From assembly GCF_009914755.1 (NCBI RefSeq), contig NC_060943.1: a stretch of DNA of 64,000 nucleotides. One strand, given 5' to 3'. The notes under the pieces were generated by a model that was given only the letters and a program-made list of their open reading frames with translations, ran no database searches and was not told the DNA's origin. Of this stretch, positions 13,673 to 26,140 are shown piece after piece. The position numbers and the translations under genes are program-made. This stretch comes from the human T2T-CHM13v2.0 reference genome, Homo sapiens. Every line of letters starts with the position of its first letter. The stretch's first letter is position 1.

Positions 13673-14090
13673 TGCATTAGTTCGTTCTCACACTGCTAAT
13701 AAAGACATACCCAAGACTGGGTAATTTTTAAAGGAAAGAGGTTTAATTGACTCAAAGTTCAGCATGGCTGAAGAGGCCACAATTTTAGAATTGTTTCTCC
13801 TAGTTTTGTGAAAAATGATTTATTTCAAAACTTACAACCATGGCGAAAGGGGAAGCAAACACGTCCTTCTTCACAAGGCCACAGGAGAGAAAAGTGCCAC
13901 GCAAAGGGAGGAAAAAAACCTTATAAAACTATCACATCTCATGAGAACTCACTCACTATCATGAGAAGAGCATGAGGGGGACCTCCCCCATGATTTTACC
14001 TCCTACAAGGTCACTCCCCAACACGTGGGAATTATGGGAACTACAATCGAATATAAGATTCGGGTGGGGACACAGAGCCAGATCATATCA
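13673..14090 (-). mobile_element. MaLR solo LTR, THE1C/D-like, nested in L1 ORF2
   Basis: 'tgcattagttcgttctcacactgctaataaagacatacccaagactggg' to 'gggtggggacacagagccagatcatatca'. Confidence 0.9.
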
Positions 14091-14225
14091 TTATTCCAAA
14101 GAAAACAAGTCATTATACGAAAAAGACATATGCACATGAATATTTATTGCAGCCTGATTCACAATTGCAAAGATATGGAGCTAGCCTAAGTGCCATTGAC
14201 CAATAAATGGATTAAAAAGGCATGA

Positions 14226-14287
14226 TATATAAATATATATATGGATATATATATGGATATATAAATATGGATATATATATGTATGTG

Positions 14288-14325
<38 letters not shown>
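14226..14325. repeat. (TA)n/(CA)n compound microsatellite inside L1
   Basis: Directly visible. Confidence 0.9.
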
Positions 14326-14326
<1 letters not shown>

Positions 14327-14655
14327 CATGGACTCAGCCATAAAAAGGAACAAAATAATGTCTTTTGCATGGACTTGTATGGAGCTGGAGGCCATTATTC
14401 TAGGTGAAATAACTCAGGAATGGCAAATCAAACACTGTGTGTTTTCACTTATAAGTGGGAGCTAAACAGAGAATACACAAAAACATATGGAGTGATGTAA
14501 TGAATCCTGGAGACTCAGAAGCAGGAGATTGGGAGGGAGGGTATGGGATAAAAAACTATATATTGGGTACAACATACAGTACTTGGGTGATGAGTGCACT
14601 AAAATCTCAGAATTCACCACTATATAATTCATTCATGTAACCAAAAACCACTTGG

Positions 14656-14962
14656 AGATGGGCATGGTGACTCACGCCTGTAATTCCAGCACTTTGGGAG
14701 GCCGAGGCGGGTGGATCACCTGAGGTCAGGAGTTCGAGACCAGCCTGCCCAAAATAGTGAAACCCCGTCTCTACTAAAAATATTTTTAAAATTAGCCAGG
14801 TGTGATGGTGGGCGCCTGTAATCCCAGCTACTTGGGAGGCTGAGGCAAGAGAATTGCTTGAACCCAGGAGACAGAGGTTGCTGAGAGCTGACACAGTACC
14901 ACTGCACGCCAGCCTGGTCAACAGAGTGAGACTCCGTCTCAAAAAAAAAGAAAAAAAAAAAA
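14656..14962 (+). mobile_element. AluS (Sx-like) inserted in L1 3' end
   Basis: 'ggatcacctgaggtcaggagttcgagaccagcc'; poly(A); imperfect TSD aaaaaccacttgg/aaaaacccttgg. Confidence 0.95.
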
Positions 14963-15548
14963 ACCCTTGGACCCCAAAGCTACTAAGTGTTTTTAAAAAA
15001 TCAAAAGTAATACAAAATAAAGGATAAATAAGTACTGCAATTTTTTAATTTGCAAATTTTCTCTTTATTATGTTTTTCAATGTTCTGGTTACAGAATTAA
15101 TATTTCTTATAAAAATTAAAATGATACATGAAATTTTTTAAAAAGATACAAGAATAACTCCATGCCTTTAAGAAAAATGTGATACAGTGACAAAAATAAA
15201 GCACATACACATAATGGCTCAAGGAAGCAAGTGATTCATGACATTTGATTGAAGAGCCCAAGATTTCAGAAGAGGCTATTGCCTTCTGCAGAAGGCAATG
15301 AGAAATAATGCCAAGAAAAGTTGGCTAGTCCTGAAGGGTAAACATCATATGGATAGGAAGGGAGAGGTCATCAAGGGTAATCCAGACAATGAGTGACATG
15401 ATCAAAACTGCAGAAGCGCAAAGACAAAGAGTGTGCTTGTTGAATACCAAGTTGTATAGGCTGCAGAAGAGGAAGTGGTGGGACTGGAGTCTAGAGAGTC
15501 TTGAACACCAGGTTTGGGAGGCTGGAGTTCACTTGGTGAGCAACAATC

Positions 15549-15571
15549 TCTGGCAGAGGAAGACTCCGTCT
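15549..15571 (+). mobile_element. Tiny Alu 3' remnant preceding the GA-rich tract
   Basis: 'ggcagaggaagactccgtctc' followed by an A-rich repeat. Confidence 0.55.
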
Positions 15572-15572
15572 C

Positions 15573-15605
<33 letters not shown>

Positions 15606-16000
15606 GAAAGGAAGGAAGGAAGGAAGGAAGGAAGGAAGGAAGGAAGGAAGGAAGGAAGGAAGGAGGGAAGGAAGGAGGGAAGGAGGGAAGGAGGGAGGGA
15701 GGGAGGGAGGAAGAGAGAGAGAGAGAAAGGAAGGAAGGAAGAAAGGAAGAGAGAAAGAGAGAGAAAGAAAGAAAGAAAAGAGAAAGACAAAGAAAGAAGA
15801 AAGAAAGAAAGTAGAAAGAGAAAGAAAGAAAGAAAGAAGAAAGAGAAAGAAAGAAAGAAGAGAAAGAAAGAACGAATAAGAAGGAAAGAAAGAAAGAAAG
15901 AGAAAGAAAGAAAGAAAGAAAGAAAGAGAGAAAGAACGAATAAGAAGGAAAGAAAGAAAGAGAGGAAAGATAGAAAAGAAAAAAAGGAAAGGAAAGAAAG
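15572..16000. repeat. Polypurine simple repeat (GAAA/GA/GGAA/GGGA)n
   Basis: ~430 bp nearly pure purine; 13 consecutive GGAA at 15610-15661. Confidence 0.97.
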
Positions 16001-16011
16001 AGATCATTACC

Positions 16012-16348
<337 letters not shown>

Positions 16349-16905
16349 TTAAATAAAAATTGCCTGTTAAGTCACTATGAGAAAGCAAACAACTATTTAC
16401 CAGAAACAAGAGACATTGTTACCAAGACTATGTCACTAAAATAACAGGCTACAGGGAGGCTAGTTTGAATATTGTATATAAATAATCACATTAGATTACA
16501 TTTGATCAAGATACGGCTTATATAATCCCTGTATGATCTTAAATCAGAGTGGAAATATCAGAACAATAAATTTGCCTGCATCTAATGGTTTTGCCAAACA
16601 ATAGAGTGAGAAGTAGAGGTCATTCAGGGTAGGAATTTTATCACCAGCCAATTCAGATATGTCTGGTGCCTTGTCATGGTTTCACCTGAATTATCTTTTT
16701 TGGCCATAATTTCACCAACTGCATTAGATTATGGCAGGCTACTAATACCCAAATGTTCTGTGTGTTTTGGTAATATGAGAATGTAATACAGAAGGTAGAC
16801 CAAAAAGAAAAGATAGACAAATTGTATTTAAAAAGCAAAAGGCTGATGAAGATTATGCTTACCAAGTGCCGCTCTTAAGGCTGTCTAGCCAATAAGTTAA
16901 AAAAA

Positions 16906-16992
16906 CAGTGAGCCGAGATCGTGTGACTGCACTCCAGCCTGAGCGACAGAGCAAGACTCCATCTCAAAAACAAAACAAAACAAAACAAAAAA
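16906..16992 (+). mobile_element. 5'-truncated Alu (3' end only)
   Basis: 'cagtgagccgagatcg...cactccagcctgagcgacagagcaagactccatctc' + (CAAAA)n tail. Confidence 0.9.
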
Positions 16993-17029
16993 TACGCTCA
17001 CCGGCTTGTTTTGGGGGTCATATGATCCA

Positions 17030-17260
17030 ATAGGAAGAAGACGGACTTCAGAGCAAAACCACCCTGGTTTGATCCCAGCTCCTTCTCTAGTCAGCTATGG
17101 ACATGGGGTACTTACTTAACCTTTCTGACCCTCCATTCATTCATGGCAATTTGGGGTTTATCGCAGCATATTTGCTGTAAAAACTGCATATATTGTTTCA
17201 TTCAAAGTACATACAACAGGTCTGGAATTCAATAGATGGTCATCTAATGTTAGCTCCTTC
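17030..17260 (+). mobile_element. MIR relic
   Basis: 'ctggtttgatcccagctcc...agctatggacatggggtacttacttaacctttctgacc'. Confidence 0.6.
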
Positions 17261-17870
17261 CTCCTCATCCTTTTTATATTGATTCTGAAAGAGATCTTAT
17301 TGTATAATTCCTTATGCTATGAGGGAAATTTAAATACAAAATACTAAAATTTTCACATAAGAAAATCACAGTATGAATTTTACTTATTTCAACTTTTAGA
17401 CACATAAAAGACACAAAATTCAACTAAAGCAAGCTATGATTATTAATGAGGAAATGAATAATGAATGCGTGGGTTGAGACTGCGTAATTGGAAATGGGGC
17501 AAAAGGACTACGGTTTCACTTTCCTTCAAAAGTTTGATTTGCCAACTTAACAGAAACTTGCTAACAATAACCAGTTTTAGAAGCTCCTGGCCACAGTGAA
17601 AGCAAACCCAGTCCATGTGCCTGGTTCATGAAAGGCTAAGAGTTCGGGGAGAAGATGGGGAGAGGGTGTGACTGAGACACATCCAGAGAGCACACTGTGC
17701 CTCTCACATGTACTGCCTGGTGGCTTCACTCTCGTGGGTATGTGTACCCGCACTCAAATGTAAATACCAGGTCCCAATCTCACAGGGCTCTTGCGGGTAC
17801 ACAATTAGGAGCTCTGAGTGCACTTGGAGGAAGATAAAGAATCCCAACCGGCAAACTTTCAAGTCCATCT

Positions 17871-18324
17871 TTTTTTTGTTTGTTTTGTTTTGGTTTGGTT
17901 TATGTGTTTTTTGTTTTTGTTTTTTTATTATACTTTAAGTTCTAGGGTACATGTGCACAAAGTGCAGGTTTGTTACATATGTATACATGTACCATGTTGG
18001 TGTGCTGCACCCATTAACTCGTCATTTACATTAGGTATATCTCCTAATGCTATCCATCTCCCCTCCCCCCCTCCCCCCACCCCATGACAGGCCCGGGTGT
18101 GTGATGTTCCCCTTCCTGTGTCCAAGTGTTCTCGTTGTTCATTTCCCACCTATAAGTGAGAACATGCAGTGTTTGGTTTTTTGTTCTTGCGATAGTTTGC
18201 TGAGAATGATGGTTTCCAGCTTCATCTGTGTCTGTACAAAGGATATGAACTCATCCTTTTTTATGGCCGCATAGTATTCTACAGTGTATATGTGCCACAT
18301 TTTCTTAATCCAGTCTATCATTGA
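17871..18324 (-). mobile_element. 5'-truncated L1PA (L1PA5/6-like) 3' end
   Basis: 'tatactttaagttctagggtacatgtgcac...'; 13-bp TSD ttcaagtccatct (17858-17870, 18325-18337). Confidence 0.95.
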
Positions 18325-19347
18325 TTCAAGTCCATCTAATTGTAAAGTCTTCTAAAAGAGTGTTGTCCTATATTGTAATCACCCAGCACTCAGAGATGAA
18401 ATCTTCATGAAATTAGCGTACTCTCTCCACAAGTGAAAGCATTTATGGCTGTGCCCCCAGTCAGTAAATTATAGCAGTTGGTGCTGAGCTCCAATGCTGT
18501 TTCCCGTGCTGGCCCTGCCCCTTCCACTTGTTCAGCAAGCCCCACGGGTGCTGTGTCTGATTCGCAGAGACCATTCACTGGTCCATTTCTCTCTCATCTG
18601 GTGGTGTCCTCTTCCCCAACTATTTGAACTCAATCTCTAAACATTTGTGCCACCTTATCTCTTGCTTTGGTCTCAGCTGGGCAAAACTTTACTGTTTTTC
18701 AGGGCCCCAGCTCCCACCTGAATTTGCTGTCTCTCAGCCTCAATGCCTGTAGAATTCCAAGATTCAGAACTCACTGTGGACCCAAGCAGCCATGGCAATC
18801 TTCCAGGAAATGATGGGCACACCCTTGTCATTATAGGATGAGCACTGTTAGGATAACAGAAAAGAACAGAGAGTTCCTAGGGGTTATTTTGTGCATGATA
18901 TATTTATTAATGATGGGCTTATTCTGTGGCTTAGGAAATGATCTCCAGTATTAGTTGAATGCCATGCAGAAAAACAGGATGTTGGCATCTCTGCACACAG
19001 TAGATACATTCTAAGCAGGGTCTGTTCAATAGGCAAGATGAATGTGGCTCTCTATCCCTCAGTGTTTGCCAAAGCTAACAGAAAGGGCAAAGGCTAACAA
19101 AATTCTGAGGGAGCCCAGCAAAGATATGGTCTTGGTGAAAAAAAAAAAAAAACACTGCTAAATTGCCTGAGCCAATACTCTATTTTGCTCTTACTGCAGC
19201 ATAGAAAAACATTGAGACTAATTCTGTACAGCTACACTGGAGTTCAAATAGTGAAATCCTATGAGTAGTGGAAATTAATTCATTCAATTTCCATTTTCAA
19301 CTTGTATGGTTTTTAGCTTACTTTTGCCATACTTGAACTTTCAAAGG

Positions 19348-19680
19348 AGAAGCTTTGTTCATAATAGTCATAAACTGGAAACAAAACAAATTTTCACCAC
19401 TTGGAAAATGAATAAATTACAGTGTTTTCATAATGAAATACATATATTCAGAGCAATAGACAGAACAAACTGCAATATAGAGATGCACAAGAACCTGGCT
19501 GAATGTTAAAAATATAGTATTGTGTAAAAGATGCTGAAGACCAGAAGTTTGATCAGTATGGAGTCGGCCTATTAATATGAAACTCACAAAAAAGGTAATA
19601 GTATTGATGATGATGGAAATCAGCATATAATTATCTCTGCAGGATTATTAAGTGAGGGGAAGGCACTGAAAGCTCATATG
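19348..19680 (+). mobile_element. Old L1 (L1ME-like) 3' fragment
   Basis: 'agctttgttcataatagtcataaactggaaacaa...tgaataaattacagtg'. Confidence 0.65.
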
Positions 19681-19685
19681 TCTCA

Positions 19686-19848
19686 GGCCGGGTGCAGTGG
19701 TTCAAGCCTGTAATCTCGCACTTTGGGAGGCTGAGTCAGACGGATTGCTTAAGCTCAGGAGTTCAAGACCAGCCTAGACAACATGGTGAGACCTGTCCTC
19801 TACTAAAAAAAAAATTAAAAAGTTAGCCAGGTGTGGCGGTGCATGCCT
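19686..19848 (+). mobile_element. Alu left arm plus start of right arm, 3'-truncated
   Basis: 'ggccgggtgcagtgg...gttagccaggtgtggcggtgcatgcct' then abrupt switch to LTR-like sequence. Confidence 0.9.
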
Positions 19849-20154
19849 TACTGATCCATTTACAACCTGGCAGGATCCATGATGACACCAGCCGTTTCAC
19901 CAAATGAAACAATAACTCAAGAGGACCCTTGGAGTGACGTGGCACCTGCTGGCCTCCCTTGCCTTTTCTGCATTCCAAACCCTTTATTCAAAGATGCCTG
20001 TGTTCCCTCCACAAACTAAAGAGTGGAATGGTGCTCTGCTCTTTCCCTTGCCAGCATGGATAGTAAGGGAATCTTGCTTCCTCTTATCATAACTCGTGAT
20101 TGGTTTGACTTGTTTTCACAAGCGGTGAGCAGCTGGACCCCTTTGCCGGTTACA
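19849..20154 (+). mobile_element. LTR 3' fragment (ERV1-like, family uncertain)
   Basis: U5-like end 'caagcggtgagcagctggacccctttgccggttaca'. Confidence 0.5.
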
Positions 20155-21403
20155 ATCGCTTGGACATATGTTTTTAATTATGATGACTTCTAACTATGGA
20201 GCTCTTTAAAAGGAAAGAAAGTCCACTCAAGTCTCTTATTACCAGATGTTAGCTGGGACAAACAGCTGATATTCCTGGCTCCTGAACCTTTACCAAAGCA
20301 ATCTCTCAAGTGAAACTAGTAAGCCTCAACCAAGGTTATGACTTAACTGAAGACACGAGAGGCATCTCCACAGAGGTGCAAAGCAGTCCTCACAAGACTC
20401 AGAATCACTGAAAGGCAGCTCAAGGAAAGTAAAGTTCTGCTGGCCACAAATGGGATACACCTTACATTTTGTTCAGCCATTTTCTCTAGGGTCTCAGCTT
20501 CCCAGCTACTGTCTACACACAGAGGCCCCAAAGCCCTGTAAGCCTCCACAGATTGAAGACAGGAAATCAAAAGCTGTTCCTGGAAGAAAAAATAATCAAT
20601 AAATGGCAAAAGTCACACAAATATTAAACCAAAAGGACTGATTCCCTGATTCTGAATTTTAACCACGAAATTACAGTGTGGACCAGCTTCGATTGTTAAT
20701 CCCACATGGACTCCAAGCAGGCAGCCTGAGTGGGCACAGGGTTTTTAGCTTTGTTTTAGGTCATTTTGGTCTGTTTGTCAAAGGAATTTTAAGGGTGGTC
20801 ATGACACTATTTATGTCTTTTGCTTTTTTGTTTATTTTTAAACTTGATCCTACCATCTTCCTTAACCATATAAGCCAATAAGGCTCATTATGGTGGCTGA
20901 TCAGAGATTGCCCCATCAGAACTAAGGCTCTCTACACCCTGCCCTTAGAACTTTGCTTCTGCCTTAGAAGGTATATATATAAATAAAACTAAGTTTCTCT
21001 ATACCTTCACTCACTCACTGGGTGAAGGAGTCTCTTTGAGTGCTCTTAGCATGAGTGTTCCCACAACACCTTATCTTTATGGACCAGCTGAGTCTGACTG
21101 AACTGGGAAGGACCCCCACCAAACCCGGGGCCAACAGGGAAGGTCCCCTGCAGGGTCCAGATGGAGGAAACCAGAACAGGGACTGGGGAGAGACCAAGAT
21201 GAAATGAAGGGAAGAGGTAGAGAGAAATAAAGTCTCTGAAATCTTCAACCTTAAAGCAGGAGATCCTAGATTTAGAGGAACTTACATGGTGTCTTTCCAG
21301 TGCAGTGGGAGAGACAACTGACCTGTAGGCCTCTGTGTGGTGACTCCCAGTGATGCCAAGAGACCCTGGGGTTCTCCATGGATTTCATCCTCATTACCAG
21401 ATA
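20155..21403 (-). mobile_element. ERV1 (MER4-group) internal leader fragment with degenerate PBS
   Basis: MER4-int-like blocks ('gcagtcctcacaagactcagaa', 'tttctctagggtctcagcttc'); PBS-like sequence at 21382-21399 next to the LTR end. Confidence 0.65.
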
Positions 21404-21549
21404 TGTTCACTTAAAAATATACAATCTATAAATTTAGAAAAGAAGGAGAGGAGACTTTATTTCTTATAAAGGGTTACAGTCTGCAGGGTGGCCATTCTAA
21501 CAGACTGGGAAGCAGAGCCTCCAGTCAGAAGCCAGAAACAGACATTTCA
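21404..21549 (-). mobile_element. 3' end of ERV1 5' LTR, MER31/MER67-like
   Basis: 'ggagactttatttcttataaagggttacagtctgcagggtggccattct' (AATAAA on minus strand) ending in CA at 21404. Confidence 0.65.
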
Positions 21550-21589
21550 GAAATTCACTCTTTACATGCTCAACCCGGCATCACCACCT

Positions 21590-21825
21590 TGATCTGCTTG
21601 GGTTTCCTATCCCTACACTGTCCTCTGGAAAACTCCTCCAGAAAAAAAGCTGGGGCATAGGGCCCTCCTCACTTGCCTCCCATGTATCTGGAACCATAAT
21701 TGTACACTGTCAGCATTACCAATGCAGGCACAGTGCTTTTATATATTTGTCCAATGTCATCACGGTCTATCACAGGACAATGAGTTCAGTACCCAAAACT
21801 ATATTATGACCTGAAGAAGAGCTCC
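21590..21825 (-). mobile_element. Ancient L1M 5'-end relic
   Basis: 'aagctggggcatagggccctcctcacttg...tatatttgtcca...gacctgaagaagagctcc'. Confidence 0.45.
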
Positions 21826-23121
21826 TACTAAAGGATTTTGATCAAGAGAGTTCTATAATACCATAAGTTATAGTTTTTCCTCCTCCAAAATTTACAATTA
21901 GTAGCAGGGACAGGTCTTGACACAGTTAACACAAGGAAGACTAGATTAAATGCAAAATATATCCAAAAACAATCCACTTTGGAAGATGTTAAACCAGCCA
22001 TGTGCTATCTTGTTCCTTAATTGGCAATATGTGCTTCTCAATCTTGCCAGAATGTAGGTTTCTCAGTCCTGCTCCTCTTCTATCTTTAGAATCAGTGCTA
22101 CATACACCCCTAGGAACTCAATAAAGACACACACGTCAGTGGATTCGCACTCCATTCAAGGAGCTAGATGCATGGTCCAGTGCAATAAGAGGAGCCTAGC
22201 TTCTCCTTGACCCTTGGATAGATCACCCCCACCTTAGAACAGGATGGTGGAGACTGCAAAAATGTTCTCCAAGGTCCTGGTGAGAAAGCCTCTACATCAG
22301 AGACCTTGTCTGTTAAATAGAGAGTGAGTGTAGCCCTCACAGAGTGAACAGTTGAATTCTCATTTGTCATATTCTGCATTAGAATGTAGTAGAGTAATTA
22401 TGAATTACCTTTTCATTATGTATGTCACCCCACACATCTTCCTATATCACCCAGCATTAAAACACGCTGATTGAAATAAGAACACTCCACTTTAAAGTGC
22501 TTGTCTTTATGCACAGTGCCCTAGAACAAACCAGCCAACCTCTTTAAGTCTCAATAATTTGATATCTTAAAGGCATTTATTCAAACTCTTATTGCATCAT
22601 TGGTCCATTTCTTTTCCTTATCAGCTCTGTAAGTTACCCAGGCCAAAAACTCTGGTCTCAGTTTAAAAAACCCAAAGTTCAGCAACTTGAAACGTGAATT
22701 TAAACAGAATAAAAGCTCATAGCAGTAGGGATCCTGGCTCTTACTTTTCCTTATAATGGAGATGAACATAATATGTGCCCTAAATGGATTGACTGACTGA
22801 TTGATGGATAACTGATTGATTCACCGCCATGTAGGAAATTATATGCAGATCTAGAACCAAAATATCTGCTATCTCATTTTTAATTTCAAAAATCTAATTG
22901 AAATTGGCCAACTTTATCCCACAACAGAAACATTAGCACCAAGCCTAGGATGTATAGGGGTGTATTGAGAAACAAAGATGAGATTGTCTTTGGTTAATGG
23001 TTTCTTAACATTTCTTCCTTTGCCACTTCCATCTAAACACAGAACAAAATGGAAATAAGATTATATGGGATAGGGCTAGAGAAAAGAGAGAGAAGTAAAT
23101 GTATAGGTTTCTTCTTCTCAC

Positions 23122-23424
23122 TTTTTTTTTTTTTTTTTTTTGAGACGGAGTCTCACTCAGTCGCCGAGGCTGGAGTGCAGTGGCGTGATCTCAGCTCACT
23201 GAAAGCTCCACCTCCCGGGTTCATGCCATTCTCCTGCCTCAGCCTCCTGAGTAGCTGGGACTACAGGTGCCCACCACCATGCCTGGCTAATTTTTTTTGT
23301 ATTTTCAGTAGAGACAGGGTTTCACCGTGTTAACCAGGATGGTCTCAATCTCCTGACCTCGTGATCCGCCTGCCTCGGCCTCCCAAAGTGCTGGGATTAC
23401 AGGCGTGAGCCACCACACCCAGCT
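23122..23424 (-). mobile_element. AluY, full length
   Basis: 'aagctccacctcccgggttcatgccattctcc', 'ccaggatggtctcaatctcctgacctcgtgatcc'; TSD tcttctcactttt on both sides. Confidence 0.96.
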
Positions 23425-23844
23425 CTTCTCACTTTTAGTCTACTAAATATTTGTGTAAGAATAAAGTTTACAAAGGTAAGAGAGTAGGTCATAACCTCTT
23501 TCTTGTACTCTAGACAAACAGACAGACAGACAGTGAGGCTGTGCTTGGACACAGGCCTGTAGAGCTAGTCCATCCCTACGAGGCTAGAGTGGGATTTCAT
23601 CCATTCAATTTGTTATAGTAATTCCATATCAACTCTCTCCTAGGCTCTTAACCTCCAGGAAATTTCCCCAGGGTAAAAGGTCCTAGCCTCACCATCTGTT
23701 TATCAGGCTTCCCCCATCAATTCCTCTGAACATTAAATCTTTAGCTCCAACAGTGGGTTCTAATTAAACATTTACAATTTTTATCTTTGGTTATTCTGTT
23801 GTTCCTAGCTTATGCTTGGTAATTCCAGCTAATACTATTCCCTG

Positions 23845-24315
23845 CTTATGATAAATTTATTGAAGTAATTCTTCACTTTTTTCAAAAAGAGGGCTTATTC
23901 TCCATTCATTGAACCTGAGATGACCTTATAACTTGCTTTTGCCAGTAGAATCCAGAGGAGGTAACACGGTGCCATCTCCAAGCCTGTGGCTCGAGAGGTC
24001 GGGTAAGTTTCCTCTTGCTTGTAGTTGAAGCTCTGCCTCCACAATGAAACACGACTGAGCCAGCTGCTATAGGAATATGAGAGACATATTACAGAGAGTC
24101 AAGATTTCCAGTCCTTCAAAGTAAGGCCACCCTGGATCAGCCAGCCAGCAGACACGCAACTGACCTCACACTTATGAGCAAGCTCATCCAAGATCAGCAG
24201 CACTGCTCATGTGACCCACAGACCTGTGAATGAAAATAAATGGTTGCTATGTGAAACCACCATGTTCAGAGTTGCTTGTTACACAGCCTTAATTATAGCA
24301 ATAGATAATTGATAT
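23845..24315 (+). mobile_element. MaLR LTR, MLT1H/I-like
   Basis: 'cccacagacctgtgaatgaaaataaatggttgctat...tgcttgttacacagc...gcaatagataattgata'. Confidence 0.7.
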
Positions 24316-25934
24316 GCTGTTATTACCTTATGTGTTAAGGTTTCATTTATGTTTATAAATACAAATACATATATGGCATAATATCTCACATCCAATATAA
24401 GTAACTTCCTAATGTGTTATATCTACAAACAAAAGTTTATTTGTAATAGTGGCACAAAACACTTCCATGAAAGAATGAGCCACCACAAATATGCATTGAG
24501 CAAAATGATAGAATCTCTGGTAAATTGAGGATTATCTACAGAACCCTTTTCTTCCACTCTCCTGAATATGTCATGTAGACATTCATTAACTGACTTATTC
24601 AGCAGCTGCTTATGATGCACCTGCACACACTCATCCCTGAGTGAGGCATCGCACAGTCTGTCATAAATTCTGCTGAGGAAGTTTCAAAGCCAGAATCTAT
24701 GGCTTTACCAGAGGCAGAATTGCTCTCAGGGATGCGAGGTGACCTGTCTCCCGAGCGTACTTGAGGATGCTAAGGCAGGCCATAGAGAGGAAGCTCCCTT
24801 TCTGCCACATGGCAATAGTCAGCGATACACTTCCTTACCTGAGTCCTCTCAGCAGACCCTTAAGTTAGTAAAATAAATATAAACTATTATATATCCAGAA
24901 GCTATCAGTATTAAATAGCAGTAAGGCAGCAAGCAGAAGCTTTATATCACAGGGGAGACTGAAATTACCTTGGCACCTTACCCTACAAGGAAGCTAATAT
25001 CATAAAGTGCTCAAAATACTTTTCTGAAAAGGTAGCCTTCCTGTGCTCTTCTGAGCAGCTGAAACTCATAGTACTGGCTCCAGTTCTAGATCAGTTTGAG
25101 GCAGCTTGCATCTGGCAATTTGAGAGGTAATGTGCTTCCCTGAAAGTCTGTTAGAAAAAAATGAGTGTCATCCTTGCCAAATGATGGGACAATTTACTCT
25201 CAAAACCCAGCATGTGTTGAGTATCACAATTCTGAGACGAGAAAATATTATTTTTTTCTCTAGTTAAAAACATGAAGTGTTTTTGCAAAAACTAATGAAA
25301 TGTTTAATGCTTGTCTGCTTACAGAAAAGAAGCTCTTTCTAATTGGAAAACAGCCAGCAAAGTTGTTAATTCCAAAAAACAAGTATGTCTCTGGAGTTAA
25401 AAAATTTTCTGTAAAGAGCCACAGTGGCTTTGCCATCTCTAACACACTCCAAGAACTAGTATCCTTGCCACACATTCCCGAAGAGATTAATGTTATATTG
25501 GAGTCCTTAGAAACAAGAACATACCAATCATATCCTTCAATCAGTCTCAACAATGAAAAGCCTGAGAGGTAGGAATCCAGAAGTTACCTGACAGCCACCA
25601 CCTAACCTGCCTGCCCCAGGGAGGAAGCACCTTTTATGATTCTCTAAGTACAAATATGGGGTCACTGGGAGTTGTCTTTTAACTTTGCCTTTGTCTTCTC
25701 TGTTAATTGTGTCTTAATATGTCTGTCTTTGCACTTTGATTTAAACAGATAAATAGAAATAGGATTGAAAGGGACACAGATGGTGAGAGAGAAGAGAGAG
25801 AGAAAGTTATGTTTAGGTTCTCTCTTCTCGAGAAGATTCTGGATGTAGTATGGAGCAAACACACTGCGTGATCAACTTCATGAGCCACTTCACTTTTGCT
25901 TTCTGTTTAAATAAGTAGGCGTGGCCTAAACCTA

Positions 25935-26140
25935 GATTCTATGTGCCAGACACTTTACAAGGATTATGTAATTAAATTTTCCCAGCAGTCTTATAAGAGG
26001 GTTCAAAAATTATCCCTATTTTAAAATATTAGGAAATGAAAACTCAGAGATGATAAGGGACATGTCTGAGGCTACAGCAGGAGGGCAGCCAGGCTGGTAT
26101 TCAGTCTTGTCTCATGGCAAAGCCTGAGTGCTGACCATGC
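25935..26140 (-). mobile_element. MIR relic
   Basis: 'atgtgccagacactttaca...atccctatttt...ggaaatgaaaactcagagatgataag'. Confidence 0.65.

Larger units (their letters stand above)
10212..14465 (+). pseudogene. L1 ORF2p (endonuclease/reverse transcriptase) remnant
   Basis: [21 protein letters not shown] near 12126; catalytic FADD degraded to FTNG (12258-12269); C-terminal 'LLDIGLGKEFMTKTSKANAT' and 'FSLISGS*'; many stops. Confidence 0.9.
7616..15000 (+). mobile_element. Near full-length decayed LINE-1, L1PB-like (L1PB2/3-type 3' end)
   Basis: 5'UTR, ORF1, ORF2 and 3'UTR collinear; 3' end 'gcactaaaatctcagaattcaccactatataattcattcatgtaaccaaaaaccacttg...ccccaaagctact'; interrupted by THE1, (TA)n and Alu. 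Confidence 0.93.

Noticed and set aside
9119-14465. Functional or domesticated L1 ORF1/ORF2
   Set aside because: Fragmented by stops and frameshifts, RT FADD motif lost, THE1 inserted in ORF2
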